The notes under the pieces: generated by a model
Told to the model about the DNA's origin: nothing
The model's input: only the letters and a program-made list of their open reading frames with translations
Databases searched by the model: none
Translations under genes and position numbers: made by a program
Assembly: GCA_030141605.1 (NCBI GenBank)
Contig: JAQGDQ010000111.1
Span: 434,001 to 498,000, forward strand
Source: Tubiluchus corallicola
Lineage: Eukaryota; Animalia; Priapulida
Length of the DNA stretch: 64,000 nt
Reading direction: 5' to 3'
Part shown: piece after piece, positions 28,733 to 40,690 of the stretch
Position numbering within the stretch: position 1 is the stretch's first letter
Layout of the letters: each line of letters starts with the position of its first letter

Positions 28733-31078
28733 TTCATGGTTGTGGAGGGACTGGAATGTAGCTCATTATCAAGCATAATCATGTAAGACGGGATATTGAA
28801 CCAACAGCGGTGTCATTCCCCAGTTCCAACCCCAAAGGAGCTAACAGGTGGAAGCATTGTGAGAAATAAAACTGCTCAAAATGATTGTCCGTCAAACAAG
28901 ACATAACAAAAAATACTGGCCAAGTTAAATAGCTTCTAATCCATGTAAACACAAGTAGCAACAATGAAGTTTCCCACATCTTCCTGTACCATAAATGTAA
29001 ACAATATGTAGTGTCAACCCACTGCCAAAGACAAAAAAGGCTTGCGATTAACCACCCTTTAAGTACTATGAAAAACGTTGCTTAAAGTTTTACATTTTAT
29101 TGTAACTCACAGGCTAAACAGTCAGTCTATGTTGCATAATCATAACACTTTCACAAACTAATAAAAAATCGACCACAATTACAATTACCTGTTACAAGTT
29201 AATGATCAGAGCTTTAGTGTAGCCTACAATACAATTAAATTACACTAGTGTAAACCATAACAGAAATGCAATATCACCACTATTACTGCACCATCATCCT
29301 CAAATCACCACAAAAGTTTTGAAAGACAAAGGGATATAACATATGTCTTAATAATGTATTTTCACGCACATGTCCATTTATGGTTCTTTAACCAATTCTT
29401 ATATCAAAAACACATCTAAAATGAAATTGGAAACAATAAACCACATGGAATTACATTTGGGCATGACATGTGCACAGGTACAGTTCAAGCAAAGATAGAA
29501 CTTAATAGTATAAAATACACCACACTTAAATCCCGGACCTACATAGACAAAAGAGATTCTGCAGATAAAACTACATAATAGGAAACAAAAAAAAAACTAT
29601 TTTTGAACTTGTTAACCATTTCTTTGGTAAACTTACAATTTTAAATAGATCACGTTTCTCAGCAATACGCATGCCATTCTACAATAACTTCGTTTATTCT
29701 TTACTGCAAGAAAATCACAAATTCATACAAACCATATAGGGGCCTGAAGTAAAACACTAAAGTCAGTCAGATCAAGAACCCTTGAAACTGATGCTGCACA
29801 CAGTTACGCAGAAACAAAACAGTAACAACATATTAAGGAATATCCAAAGTACAACAAACAACAAGTGATTACGGATAATCAAAAACGGTACTTGTATTTG
29901 CCCAAGAAGAATGTTTTGCATATCCTGCAGTGAGTAATAGACTATATACGGGGCTACTTCATACTACGTGCGTGCAGACACATTGCAGAAAATATTGCTG
30001 TTTGCAGCAGAGTTTGAAAATACGACATACATTTTCAGTGGCACTGCATGGGTTTGCCCCTCTGTGTTCTTGAGAAAAATATTGCTTTGATTAAATACCA
30101 ATCATACAGTACCAAAATGCTGACCTTGGTCAAAATTGAAGCTCCCAAAATGGCTGCACCCGTGTGTTATGTCACAGTCCATTACCTACTGCTAGAAATG
30201 TTTACAACTTGCACTCACAGTAGGATCATCTATACATTCAACAAAAACAACAGCAAAATGCTGATACTGGCATAGCTCAAGCATCTGCTTGGGAAACGAT
30301 AAGAATTTTGGATAAAATCAAATTTTACACAACTGATTTTTTTACAAACTTTTGTGGCAAAAACAAATAAATTTCTGATTCATATTCACACTAGTACGGT
30401 AGATAATTTACACTTTACAAACCCAACTAAAATTTCATACAATTTGTTACACAAAAGACAAAGAGGTTTTTGCTGCTTTACAAATTTTATACACCTGCAC
30501 AGATGAAGCTGTTGGCCTATAAAATTTAACATAATTATATAATTATTATATTAAACAGTGATAATGAAAAAATTAAACATTTCAACAAAAAGTGGTAGAA
30601 ATTAACAAAAACGAGCAATTGTCACATCTGCAATAAAAGTTCAGAAAGACAAAAAATGGTTTCTTACAGACAATGTATGTTAGAGCCATTGCGGAAATAC
30701 AAAAATAAAATTACAGACATTTACACAGCAGCAGAAGAACACGATTAGGCCCATGCCAGCAACACAGTACAAGATCAAGTTAAATCCCAAAACACGATAA
30801 CTGACACATTAAAAATTGAAGTGCTTGACAAAAAGTCATATGTGACAAAAGGAAAAAAGTAGTCTCAAAACAAACAGCTTCCACAAAAATTAGAAACAGT
30901 CGCAGAAACAAGGGTTACCAGTGAATGAAGCATTTTTGATTGCTCCACTTTTTTGACATGCTCGGGATCTGGAAAGCTGAAAAACTAAATGGCCTGGAAT
31001 AAGCGCTGGCTAATAACTTGTACATGTTCACAAGCGCTAAGTGGCACAGGCAAGAAACTAGAAGCTTTATCACATTTT

Positions 31079-34000
31079 TTAATCTTGACTGAAAAGTTCC
31101 GCTTCTGAATCTGAATCTTCATCGGCATAATCCTGTCGTGTCAGCGCTAATTTCTCTATGCCGGTCTCGTAACCTAAAGGCAGCGAGCTGTATTCGCCGT
31201 CTTTACGCCAAAGCCATTTCCTTTTATGCCTCAGTAGCAGAATGACAAAAATAGCAAAAACAAAGGCACAACCAAAGGCAATTACCATGAACACCATAAA
31301 TTTAGTGCCAGCTTGACTACTGGCTGATGCGTTAACATCATCGGCATTAAAATGACAAAATCCGCTGTCATCACACAAGCAGCAGTCGTGTAGTTCCGGC
31401 TTCTGCTCTGTCAAACAACATGGAATACACGGGAAAGTATGTAGCGTTTTATGCACCTTGCGCCCATAGGTATCTTTGCAAGAGGTGCACTGATCGTTTT
31501 TCCCTCCGTCGCAAGTTTTGCAAAATTCATAACAGCCTTGACATCGTTGCGTGAAGCGATTAAAGAACTGAGATTCTGCACATGTTTCTAAGCACTGACC
31601 TCTACGTAATACGTAGCCGGAATTACAGGATAAACAAGCTGTTGGCTTACGGCCATTGCAAGTCTGACAGGAGGGGTGACACTGCACACATTCCAACTGA
31701 CCGTCCTGGTCAGAGCTATAGTAGTAACCTAATGGACATTTGGAAACACAGGTGTAATTGTGGAAAACAAGTGTCCCTGTGCATTCTGTACAGTCATTAG
31801 ACAGCGGACCAATGCACGTCAAACATGTAGAAAAGCAAGGTGCACAATTTCCATCTTCGGAGCGAGGATACTGGCGAGCACCACATGTTGACACACACTG
31901 ACCCCGTTTTAGATGAGATCCACGGTGACAAGAAATACACTCACTATCAGAATCCCCTTTGCATTTAAAGCAAGAACTATGACATTGCCTACACTGTGAA
32001 TCAATGCTATAACGACCTGAAGGGCACTTATCTATACACGTGCCAGAAATATCATGCAATAAACCAACATTACAAGAGAGGCAATCCACAGCATTAGGCC
32101 CAATACAAGTTTGACAAGTTTCGTGACAAAACTTGCACTCACCACGTTGATGGTAAGTTCCTGCAGGACAGTATTGGTCTGCATCAGTTTGATCTAAAAT
32201 GCATTCTCTATTCTCCATATGATACCGATGCCTACACGATGTGCAATCCATGCTTGTTCCTCCAGTACAGGAGTTGCAGGTGGTGTGGCAAGCGCGACAA
32301 GTCCAAGAGCTAATGTCCGCATAAAATCGTGGTGGACACTCACTGACACACTTACCATTGTGCAAGAATGTGTTTTCTTCACAAGATAGACAATCGCTTT
32401 CTTTCGGGCCAGAGCAAGTGGCACATTGCTCAATACACTGTTTGCAACTATTGTCACCATCAAGATAAGTGTGTTTCGGGCAGTTTGCAATGCACTCACC
32501 ATTATAAAGAATCCGTCCTCGTTTACATGCTGTACATACAGTAGCCGATTCGCATCTGCGACAATGTTCGTCGCATAGCACACACTTGTCTCCTTCCCTG
32601 AAGTAACCATCTTCACAGTTTTCCACACATTTTCCCAAATCCGAAACTGACAGCAGCCCAGGTTGGCAGGCTGTGCAATCTGTCAATTTGCCTCCCTTAC
32701 ATGCACTGCATGTTTCTTGACAAGCTTGACACTGAATTCCCATAGCCTGAGCATACTCCCCTGTGGGGCAGTCATTAACACAAATGCCTTTGGTGTCGAT
32801 GTGATGCTTACAGTCAACGCATTGATCTGGATTGGGACCAGTACATGGTCCTACACATTCTTCATGACACATCTCAGGGTTGAGAAGTCGCGGCTGTTGC
32901 ACGGGTGGTTTTTTAGTCTGAAATGCCTTCAGACCTACTGATGGTACATCCTTCTTCAATCTAACAGGATTGATGTCAGTGCCGTGAAAAACAATATACC
33001 AACTTTTCAAAGACCCGTGATCGACTGAGGAACCCACATTTTTCAACTCGAGCTCCCATTTACCTTTCGGATTCTCACCCCAGAAATGAACACTTAGGAA
33101 AGGCCAGTCATCAAATGTCCTAAAGCTGTCTCGGGGCCTTTTCCCCAAAACAGTAGATTTTGTTCCCATTGGAGAGGTAAGGTACAACTCTAGATCGCCG
33201 CGCTTGTAAAAGTCCAAAGTACAGTGTACTTGTACATGCTCTAAGTAACGAATTGCCTCATTTTTTGTACCTTGACAACCATCCGTTTTAAGGTACACTT
33301 TTATGCTACCAGTAGGTGAAATTTCCCTTACTTTACTATCCACTTCAGTCTTACAGATATGCTTTTCTGGTACTGTTGTCCACTGCTCTGCAAGTTCGAC
33401 CATTGCACCAGCATCCATCAAGCCATAACCGAACATGTGACTTACTTCTCGGCCCAATGAATTTTTGCGGAATTGTCCATGATCCCGCAAACCTTTTGGA
33501 TTAGATGTCATGAGCACAATGTATTGCATGTCACGCCATGTCATCTTTGGCATGGCTTCTAGTGCCAAAGCACATAAACCAGCAGCGAGCGGTGCTGAAG
33601 CTGATGTACCAGTGTGCCGATCTGTGCATTTGTTAGGAAAGTCTGTGGTAATTATGTCACGTTCGGTACCTTCAGTACCGCTACTGTATGTGGTAGCAAG
33701 CGTAGAAGAGCATTCTTCCAAGTACCAAGGCTTCTTATTTTCTTGAGAAGCACTACTGATCGACAAAGTATAAATGCTATTCGTGTATCCATCACAGTTA
33801 CAATTATCACCACGAATACCACCATTTCCTGATGCCCAAACAAATATGGATCCTTTTCCGCTGCGACCCTTTTCGATGCCGTTTGTGAATGCCTCCTTAG
33901 CCATCTTCGCAGGACCATCTACAGTGCGGCCGTCATCTTCGGGACCCCATGAAGCACTGTAGATGTCTATATGTTGTGGATGAAGACTCAGTGCTGTAGC

Positions 34001-34810
34001 TTCAACGTGGTCATTTACTTCACCATCTAGCATCCGCACACCACCTATCTTCGAGTGATAAGCTGCACCCACACCACAATGATTATTATTTGCCATAGAG
34101 GACACTTCCCCGGCACATCGCGTCCCATGCCGATTATCACCATTATCTTGTGGGTAAGGATTTGGATCATTATCATTGATATCATAGCTAGCTTCAGGAT
34201 CGTAGTTTTCATGCAAATCTGGATGATCACTTTGAATTCCGTCATCCAGAATAGTAATGACTACACCTTTTCCAGTGTAGCCTTTTTTCCATGCACCAGC
34301 CACGTTCATGTCTTCTCCACCGATGGATCCCCCATGGAGGTACCACTGCTCAGGAAATTCTGGATCTTTGAAGTCATAAGGAGCAAGGTTGCTCACATCT
34401 TTGTAGTGATGATATTCCGTGAAATCTCGCTTCACGCGTTTCTTAATTTGCTGCTGTTCTACCCATGCCACCTCAGGTTCTAATACTAAGTCTTTATGTA
34501 CATGACTAGATGACTCTACGGAACGTTTCTGTATGTGTGAGTGTTCAAAAAGATGGAAGTTTTCCAAGGACCCAACAGGTCCCTTGTAAATGAAACCATG
34601 CTTCTGGGCAAGGCGTTCAGCGATTTCTCTGCTGTTTTCATTGTTTTCACTGATAATTTCCACAGCCCATTGGTTTTGCCAGCAGTTTTTATTATCACCA
34701 TAACATTCACTATGATAACACAGCATTCCACTCAAACATAATGACAGTGTCCAGCACAATATGACAAAAGCTTTGCTACCAGCACAACAAATTCCTCCCA
34801 AAATTAACAT
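31079..34810 (-). CDS. Fur2: Furin-2 / PC5B-like proprotein convertase, 1243 aa, single coding exon
   Basis: First in-frame ATG at 34810; hydrophobic N-terminus; prodomain ending KRVKR|DF; catalytic ILDDG, HGTRCAGE, WASGNGG, GTSASAP; KPWYLEECSSTLATTYSSG (Fur2/PC5 type); P domain with RGD; about ten furin-like Cys repeats; TM helix; tail with YSSL and acidic cluster DEDSDSE. Confidence 0.96.
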   Translation of the reverse strand: MLILGGICCAGSKAFVILCWTLSLCLSGMLCYHSECYGDNKNCWQNQWAVEIISENNENSREIAERLAQKHGFIYKGPVGSLENFHLFEHSHIQKRSVESSSHVHKDLVLEPEVAWVEQQQIKKRVKRDFTEYHHYKDVSNLAPYDFKDPEFPEQWYLHGGSIGGEDMNVAGAWKKGYTGKGVVITILDDGIQSDHPDLHENYDPEASYDINDNDPNPYPQDNGDNRHGTRCAGEVSSMANNNHCGVGAAYHSKIGGVRMLDGEVNDHVEATALSLHPQHIDIYSASWGPEDDGRTVDGPAKMAKEAFTNGIEKGRSGKGSIFVWASGNGGIRGDNCNCDGYTNSIYTLSISSASQENKKPWYLEECSSTLATTYSSGTEGTERDIITTDFPNKCTDRHTGTSASAPLAAGLCALALEAMPKMTWRDMQYIVLMTSNPKGLRDHGQFRKNSLGREVSHMFGYGLMDAGAMVELAEQWTTVPEKHICKTEVDSKVREISPTGSIKVYLKTDGCQGTKNEAIRYLEHVQVHCTLDFYKRGDLELYLTSPMGTKSTVLGKRPRDSFRTFDDWPFLSVHFWGENPKGKWELELKNVGSSVDHGSLKSWYIVFHGTDINPVRLKKDVPSVGLKAFQTKKPPVQQPRLLNPEMCHEECVGPCTGPNPDQCVDCKHHIDTKGICVNDCPTGEYAQAMGIQCQACQETCSACKGGKLTDCTACQPGLLSVSDLGKCVENCEDGYFREGDKCVLCDEHCRRCESATVCTACKRGRILYNGECIANCPKHTYLDGDNSCKQCIEQCATCSGPKESDCLSCEENTFLHNGKCVSECPPRFYADISSWTCRACHTTCNSCTGGTSMDCTSCRHRYHMENRECILDQTDADQYCPAGTYHQRGECKFCHETCQTCIGPNAVDCLSCNVGLLHDISGTCIDKCPSGRYSIDSQCRQCHSSCFKCKGDSDSECISCHRGSHLKRGQCVSTCGARQYPRSEDGNCAPCFSTCLTCIGPLSNDCTECTGTLVFHNYTCVSKCPLGYYYSSDQDGQLECVQCHPSCQTCNGRKPTACLSCNSGYVLRRGQCLETCAESQFFNRFTQRCQGCYEFCKTCDGGKNDQCTSCKDTYGRKVHKTLHTFPCIPCCLTEQKPELHDCCLCDDSGFCHFNADDVNASASSQAGTKFMVFMVIAFGCAFVFAIFVILLLRHKRKWLWRKDGEYSSLPLGYETGIEKLALTRQDYADEDSDSEAELFSQD

Positions 34811-34991
34811 TTCACTGGTTTGGAAGCCAGACGAAAAATCAAAAACAATCGTGCAATAATGGCTCAATCTCAACAGAAACGTTGAATGTTTCTGTGTTTC
34901 TACAAATTACTGCACACTACAATTGTACAACCAGAAGAATTTTGATTCTGCGGATTTACAACACAAGCAATGCTGTAACCGCTTCACTTGA

Positions 34992-35039
34992 TTACTTGAA
35001 CAGAAGATAATTGCTGAATGACATTCCTGATGACAACAT
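34992..35039 (-). other. 15-codon uORF in the Fur2 5' UTR, just after a splice acceptor at 35047/35046
   Basis: tttctctttttttcAG|agtttcATG..TAA; peptide MLSSGMSFSNYLLFK*. Confidence 0.5.
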
Positions 35040-36079
35040 GAAACTCTGAAAAAAAGAGAAAGCATTTAAAAAAAAGGTGGTCACAACATATTCAAAAACT
35101 TAATAACCTATATATCAAAATAGTTCTAAATATCTAAGAGAAATTGATGACTGAAGACATTCTTCAAACCAGAAAGAGATGACCAAAGCTAAGTCAATGC
35201 CTTTTTATTGTGAATAAAAGCGTGCGTGCGTGTGTGTATGTATATAATGCTCAAGGCAGTAAATATTGTGTACTGTGGCCGATCATGTGATGATATTGGT
35301 GATATCTGTATACTCCTTTAAATTTAAAATTTTTTAAACCAAATGATAATTTGTAAGTAAAATCTAATTTTTTCTTGTTCAGTTAATAAGCCAATTGCTT
35401 AGCATTTCGCTGCTATTATCTTATTAATAGCACAGGAGTAGACTTTTTAAAATACAGTATTAACTAATCCAGCATCTGCCACAATTAGAATATGATTTTG
35501 TATGATTGTGTAATATTTCATTACGATAAACTCAGAAAGCATGTTAAGTTTAGGCACTAAAACTTGAAAATGATGTCATCACTACTATCCTACTGGCCTA
35601 TTTGCTACCCTATATAGAAAACTGAATGCCGTCCAGCCAAGAGGTTTTTATTACGGTTAAACATTTCTTTTAATCTAAATAAAAGTGATAAAGGCTGATA
35701 GGCTTCCATTTAAAATGACACATCAAATATGCCATGATTGGAAATGTGACATTACATTCAAATTCCAAATGAGTCAATCAAAATATATACAGAATCACCC
35801 TGTATATTTTCATTATGATCCATTACTAAATGAAAGTATTTTGGAGTTTTTGCACAAAAGAGGCTTCACAACTGAGACAAAGAATGATCTTGAAAACAAA
35901 ATTATCAAAAATTCAAGCAAAGAATTTAAGACGACATACTTACCTTATGGGGCCTACGCATAATTATATAATCGAGTTATTGCATCGTTTGTAATGGATA
36001 TGAGTACGTATAGAACTAAGAAAACTTCTTACAGTGTTGTAGCTTATTACAATAGGCAAGACCACACACAGAGTAAAAA

Positions 36080-37695
36080 TAATTAACTGAAAACATCATT
36101 TTTTTTCTGAAAAAGGTGAAAATGCAAGTGAACAGGATAACGGCAAAGTGAGGAGAAATGCCCTTTTATCGACAATCTGCCTTTAACAATTTACGCTTAA
36201 CTTTCTCTAGTTGCCTAACATATTTGTCTTATAAAATTTATACAGAATTCTTTCAGAGTGGCAAACAATTGCAGCATCTCAGATAGGGAAACAGTGGTAA
36301 CATACTTCTCATCACTAAATTGGCAGGTTCAAATGGTATCAGCTAGTTCACTAGTTTAACCCTTCAGTTCCTCCACATTTTGCAGTGGCACACATTTTAT
36401 TATAATAATCTGAAAAGAGTAACTGACTTGACAGCCAGTTAGTCTTGCATTACTTCTTCTCCTTGTTACATTTATTAAGTGTTTTTTAAATTGGTTTCCT
36501 CAACCTGTTAGCAACTTTCTTTGTATTTGTGGTGCAAAAGAGGAGATAAATAAAAATAAATAGATCAATATTAAAATGCTTATAAATTCACTAGTTCTCA
36601 AATTTCTCGAAAACAAAACACATCATGGCTCGAAAATCAATTCTGTGGATACCCTAGACAACCACTTTCTGCATTAGGCAACTAAAAAACTTAGTAATCC
36701 GTAGAGCTACCTACGGTCAAATGTGGTTATGCGATATACCATTTTTCCTTGCCAATGGATATATGGAGCTTAATTTGAATAGATGACAGCCTGCATTTAT
36801 GATTGCAAAAAACAAAAATATTTACTAAAAGATAAGATTTTATTGATTTTTGTCTAGCGAGCTGCAACTCAGTGACAGCAGTAACAGGCTACTAGGTTAC
36901 AGAATGCGCTTATTGCAGTCTGCGGAACACATTAAATTATTACTAGTTTATTAAAGTGCAATTTACTTAGTTACCTTGCTGACTGGCTTGGTTTGTAGCA
37001 TAGTGGCTGGCCTTAAAAAAGGATTACTGCCTAGAATAACTGTTATGCACTATCCTTTAAATTAATGTCACTTTGGCTGTTTAATTACCAACCAGTGCAT
37101 GTACTAATATTTTAGAAATTGAAAAAGCTTAATTACTAAAATTCTAAGCATTTATTCTATTTCAATAGTTAAGCAGCACTGGCCATAACAAATTCTTTAA
37201 CAGATATCGTCAAGGTCGGTCTTAGCTAGAGTGGGGCACTACTAATGGAAATAATTTTCTTAAGCCCTATACAAGTTCTCAGTTAAGCTCTATCGAATCA
37301 TGAAAATATATATTTAAAATGTTACAGGCTTTGTATTTATATGACATAATGGAAAGCAATGAAAATGTCTAGAGCTTAAAACAGGCAGGGCAAATAATGT
37401 ACCAAACAGAGCCCTACATCTTTACATAAAACTATGCTTTACATAGGCCTGTGCAAACCTAAAAAATAGCAAACAAAACGTATAGATCACCACTGAATAT
37501 AGTGAACATCACTTGTTTTTCTAAAAATAATTTACTGAAAAAAATGAAAATGCAAGTGAACAACATAACGGAAAAGTGAGGAGAAATGCCCTTTTATCGA
37601 CAATCTGCCTTTAACAATTTACATTTAAACTTCTCTAGTTGCCTAATATATTTGTCTTGTAAAATTTATACAGAATTCTTTCAGAGTGGCAAACA
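36080..37695. repeat. Dispersed direct repeat, ~170 bp (36095-36266 and 37525-37695)
   Basis: tgaaaatgcaagtgaaca...aaagtgaggagaaatgcccttttatcgacaatctgcctttaacaatttac...cagaattctttcagagtggcaaaca occurs twice. Confidence 0.9.
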
Positions 37696-38211
37696 CAATA
37701 TACAATAAAATAATTAATATTAGAACATACTATAATTTAAGTCTTCATACTATACAAAAAAGGTGACTGTGCGAAGGATGTTAATTAGTTAGTTAGTTAG
37801 TTAGTTAGCTAGCTGAGCTAGTCAGTTAGTTATGACGAGTGTGCCGTATGTTAGGTTGGGTTGGACAGCTTCACGTTCCTGGCACTTTTGGCGGCTTGGC
37901 ACTCTTGGCCGCATGGCATTCTTGGCGGCGTAGCATTCTTGGTGATGGAGCGGGAGAGGGAGGAGAGATTTGGATTGGAGAGGACATAAGAGTGTCGGCA
38001 GTGGGACTGATATAGGAAGGTAGTAAGGTGTGTGGAGAGCCACCTAAACTGCAGGTGCGCCCTCTCAGCAATCCAATCGTTTTGCTGGCACTGGGGAATT
38101 CAAAGATCAAAGTACTTCTCGGGATGGTTTCCTAGGCACAACCATGGCCATTGCTCCAAACAGATTTTTCGAGCAAAACGTGACAAACAAATAAACGTTA
38201 ATTCCACTTAC

Positions 38212-38420
38212 TGCTTAAACAATGGTCCTTTAACGCATAACTCATCCACGTTATGATTACAAATTTTGATATCTCTACTTAACTAGCAATAAAATTCAGG
38301 CTCAAACAAATAACTAAAATGAACCAAACAAATTTATGCAAATTGAGCGAAACAGGACGTCAGAAATGTGCACGTCGCCATAATTTCAGTACTTGATCAG
38401 TCACGTGACGCTTCCGTCAA
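38212..38420 (-). promoter_or_regulatory. Candidate Fur2 promoter and non-coding first exon
   Basis: Minus-strand donor gca|GTAAGT at 38211; CpG-rich patch with GTCACGTGAC (38400-38409) next to an ETS-like cttccg and further acgtc motifs. Confidence 0.5.
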
Positions 38421-39229
38421 TGAGATTTCCAGCCAGTACAGCGAACAGCACAGCTTTAGCAGAGGTTTGTTGCTTACGCGCACTACATTATATGTGTGCT
38501 TGCAAACCAAAAGCATCCATTAGTCAACATAGTAAAAACTACGATATGATGCTCCAAGTAGAATGCATCAAAAATTTAGTCAAATGTTAATTTTTTGTTT
38601 TTTTGTAAAAACGCTTAATATATTCTACTTTTATACTCTAGCGTCAAATTATCAAGAAAATGTCAAAAATACTGAAAATTTCATTTTATAAACCGTGCTC
38701 ATTTCTCTGTCTAGAAAGTAGTACTGCAAATGCAAAAAACTTGTATTTTCAAAGTCCGATAGTAGCTCGTGAAAGCAGTCATTTTGCTTCGTTTTTTTTT
38801 GTTGTTGTTGTTGACAAGCCCAAATCTTCATCAAGAAGAGCCATCTACTGGATTTAAACATAATTTCAATGTGCTCTTGCAAAGTCCATAGCAACCACAC
38901 TTTCCTGCAGTTGCTAAGTATATTGAAGAGACGCGACCAAAAGCAATGGCTAACTTTAACAGAGATTATGTTTTTCAGTGCAAAGCATGCGCCTCAAATT
39001 CAACATAGATTATCTCTGTGTAGCAATAACATAGAGAGATGAGCTTGGTACCAAAATGATCCTGATGAAATAGAGATTCAGGATATGTGAATAACTAGAA
39101 AACGTTAATTGTCGACTAATGGACGATTTTGCTATGCAAGCACACATATCGTTTGTTACAACAAAGTAAAATAACCAGTTATGTCGCAAGACTTTGTGTT
39201 CTAACTGACCAGCTTCTCACGTTTCCTCA

Positions 39230-39770
39230 CACATTGATGAAATATCCAAACGAGCTAGGAAACGATTGTGGATGATAAGGTGCTCTTTCACCTATGTGGA
39301 TACTAATATGATGGCTATTTTATACAAAACATTCATAAGACCAATACTAGACTACGCTGATGTAAAATTTTGGTGTCCATCCAAACTTCAAGCAATACGT
39401 AAGGTAAAATCGATTCAACGGAAAGTCACCAAGTTAGTACCAGCAATCAAACATCTATCATATGCAGACTGAGAGAAATCAGAGAATACAGAGATTGAAT
39501 TTACCATCCCTATGTTTCAGGAAAAAGAGGTGACCAAATCATGCTGTATCGTACATACAACAGCCTTACAAAAAACAATAGCAGAAATATTTTTCAGGTA
39601 ATTCACGTGGAGCTGGATACAAGAACACAAATCGAACGAGATGTAGAAACAAGGCAGATCTATTTTCAGAGTGATAAATGATTGGAATTCCATCACCACA
39701 TCAGCAGATCGATTCAAGAAGAAACCAGACATGTACTGGGAAGACCATCCAATCACGTTCCATGATCCGT
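39230..39770 (+). mobile_element. Decayed CR1-type LINE RT C-terminal fragment
   Basis: LYKTFIRPILDYA...W.P.....IRKVKSIQRKVTKLVPAIKHLSYAD. Confidence 0.85.
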
Positions 39771-40369
39771 TCTGCCTGAGTGGACTCCAAACGTTTTTTT
39801 AAGAAGCCCACCGTTCTGCAACACCCTTTCCACTTATCATAGACCGACACATCTGATCCTTTTGCCACCATTCTCCCAAATACCTACACCTGTATTGCTT
39901 TTTCTAACTTCGCGTGTGGTTCCTGGTTATATTCAGCTACAAGTTTACGCCACAGCTAACCTTATTAGATCTCAGACATTTTATGAGGTAGGCCTTTATT
40001 GCCTGGTATACACATATGTACTGTATGTAATACTGTTATGTAGGGCCATAAGATTACACTTATTGCCGATACATTCAAATGCCATATATATTTGCAAACA
40101 ATGTGTCTTTGTGCCAATGTGTAGATTTCTAAATTTTGGCAAATGCATCAGTAATACTAGCACAATTATTTTGTGGAAAAAACGAAAGCTGCTTATTTAT
40201 AATACCATACTAATTCAGCGACTCAGAATTGGAAGGAAATAGTTTATGATGTTGAAGTTAGCATAATATAGACGAACATTTCCCAGTGCAAAAGCAATGT
40301 TAAAATTATCGAAGTACACTTCACTATTCACCTGGACAAAACTGCTGTAACTTATCGACATTTCGGGGG

Positions 40370-40690
40370 TTTACATGACATTTTGTTGCCGACATATAAG
40401 CTTAAATGTTTTAGCTTATCAGTTTGCTGTATGTAAATACCTTATTTTATTATAATAATTAACAGTACAATATTTTGTCCCTAAAAAGATTCATCCATCT
40501 GCAGACGATCTAGTATAATTGAATTGATAGCCAAAGGAATGTTATTAATGTAAATCAAGAATAATAATAGGCCAAGTGTCAATCTATGTTGGACTCGATC
40601 CACAGGTAATATTAATTGTATATGATTCTTTGTCGTCAATTGGAGTAAAAATCTCATTGGTTTGGTGAACATGCGCAGCTCTCTAAATTC
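40370..40690 (-). mobile_element. Highly decayed CR1/L2-type RT fragment
   Basis: VQ...LGLLLFLIYINNIP remnant of PQGSVLGPLLFLIYINDL. Confidence 0.55.

Noticed and set aside
31582-34741. Many short overlapping or antisense ORFs within Fur2 (similarly within the zinc-finger gene and the last GANP exon)
   Set aside because: Shadow frames of real coding sequence, with no independent motifs.
34811-34873. N-terminal extension of Fur2 from the TTG start in the ORF track
   Set aside because: Non-ATG start; the first ATG at 34810 directly precedes the hydrophobic leader.
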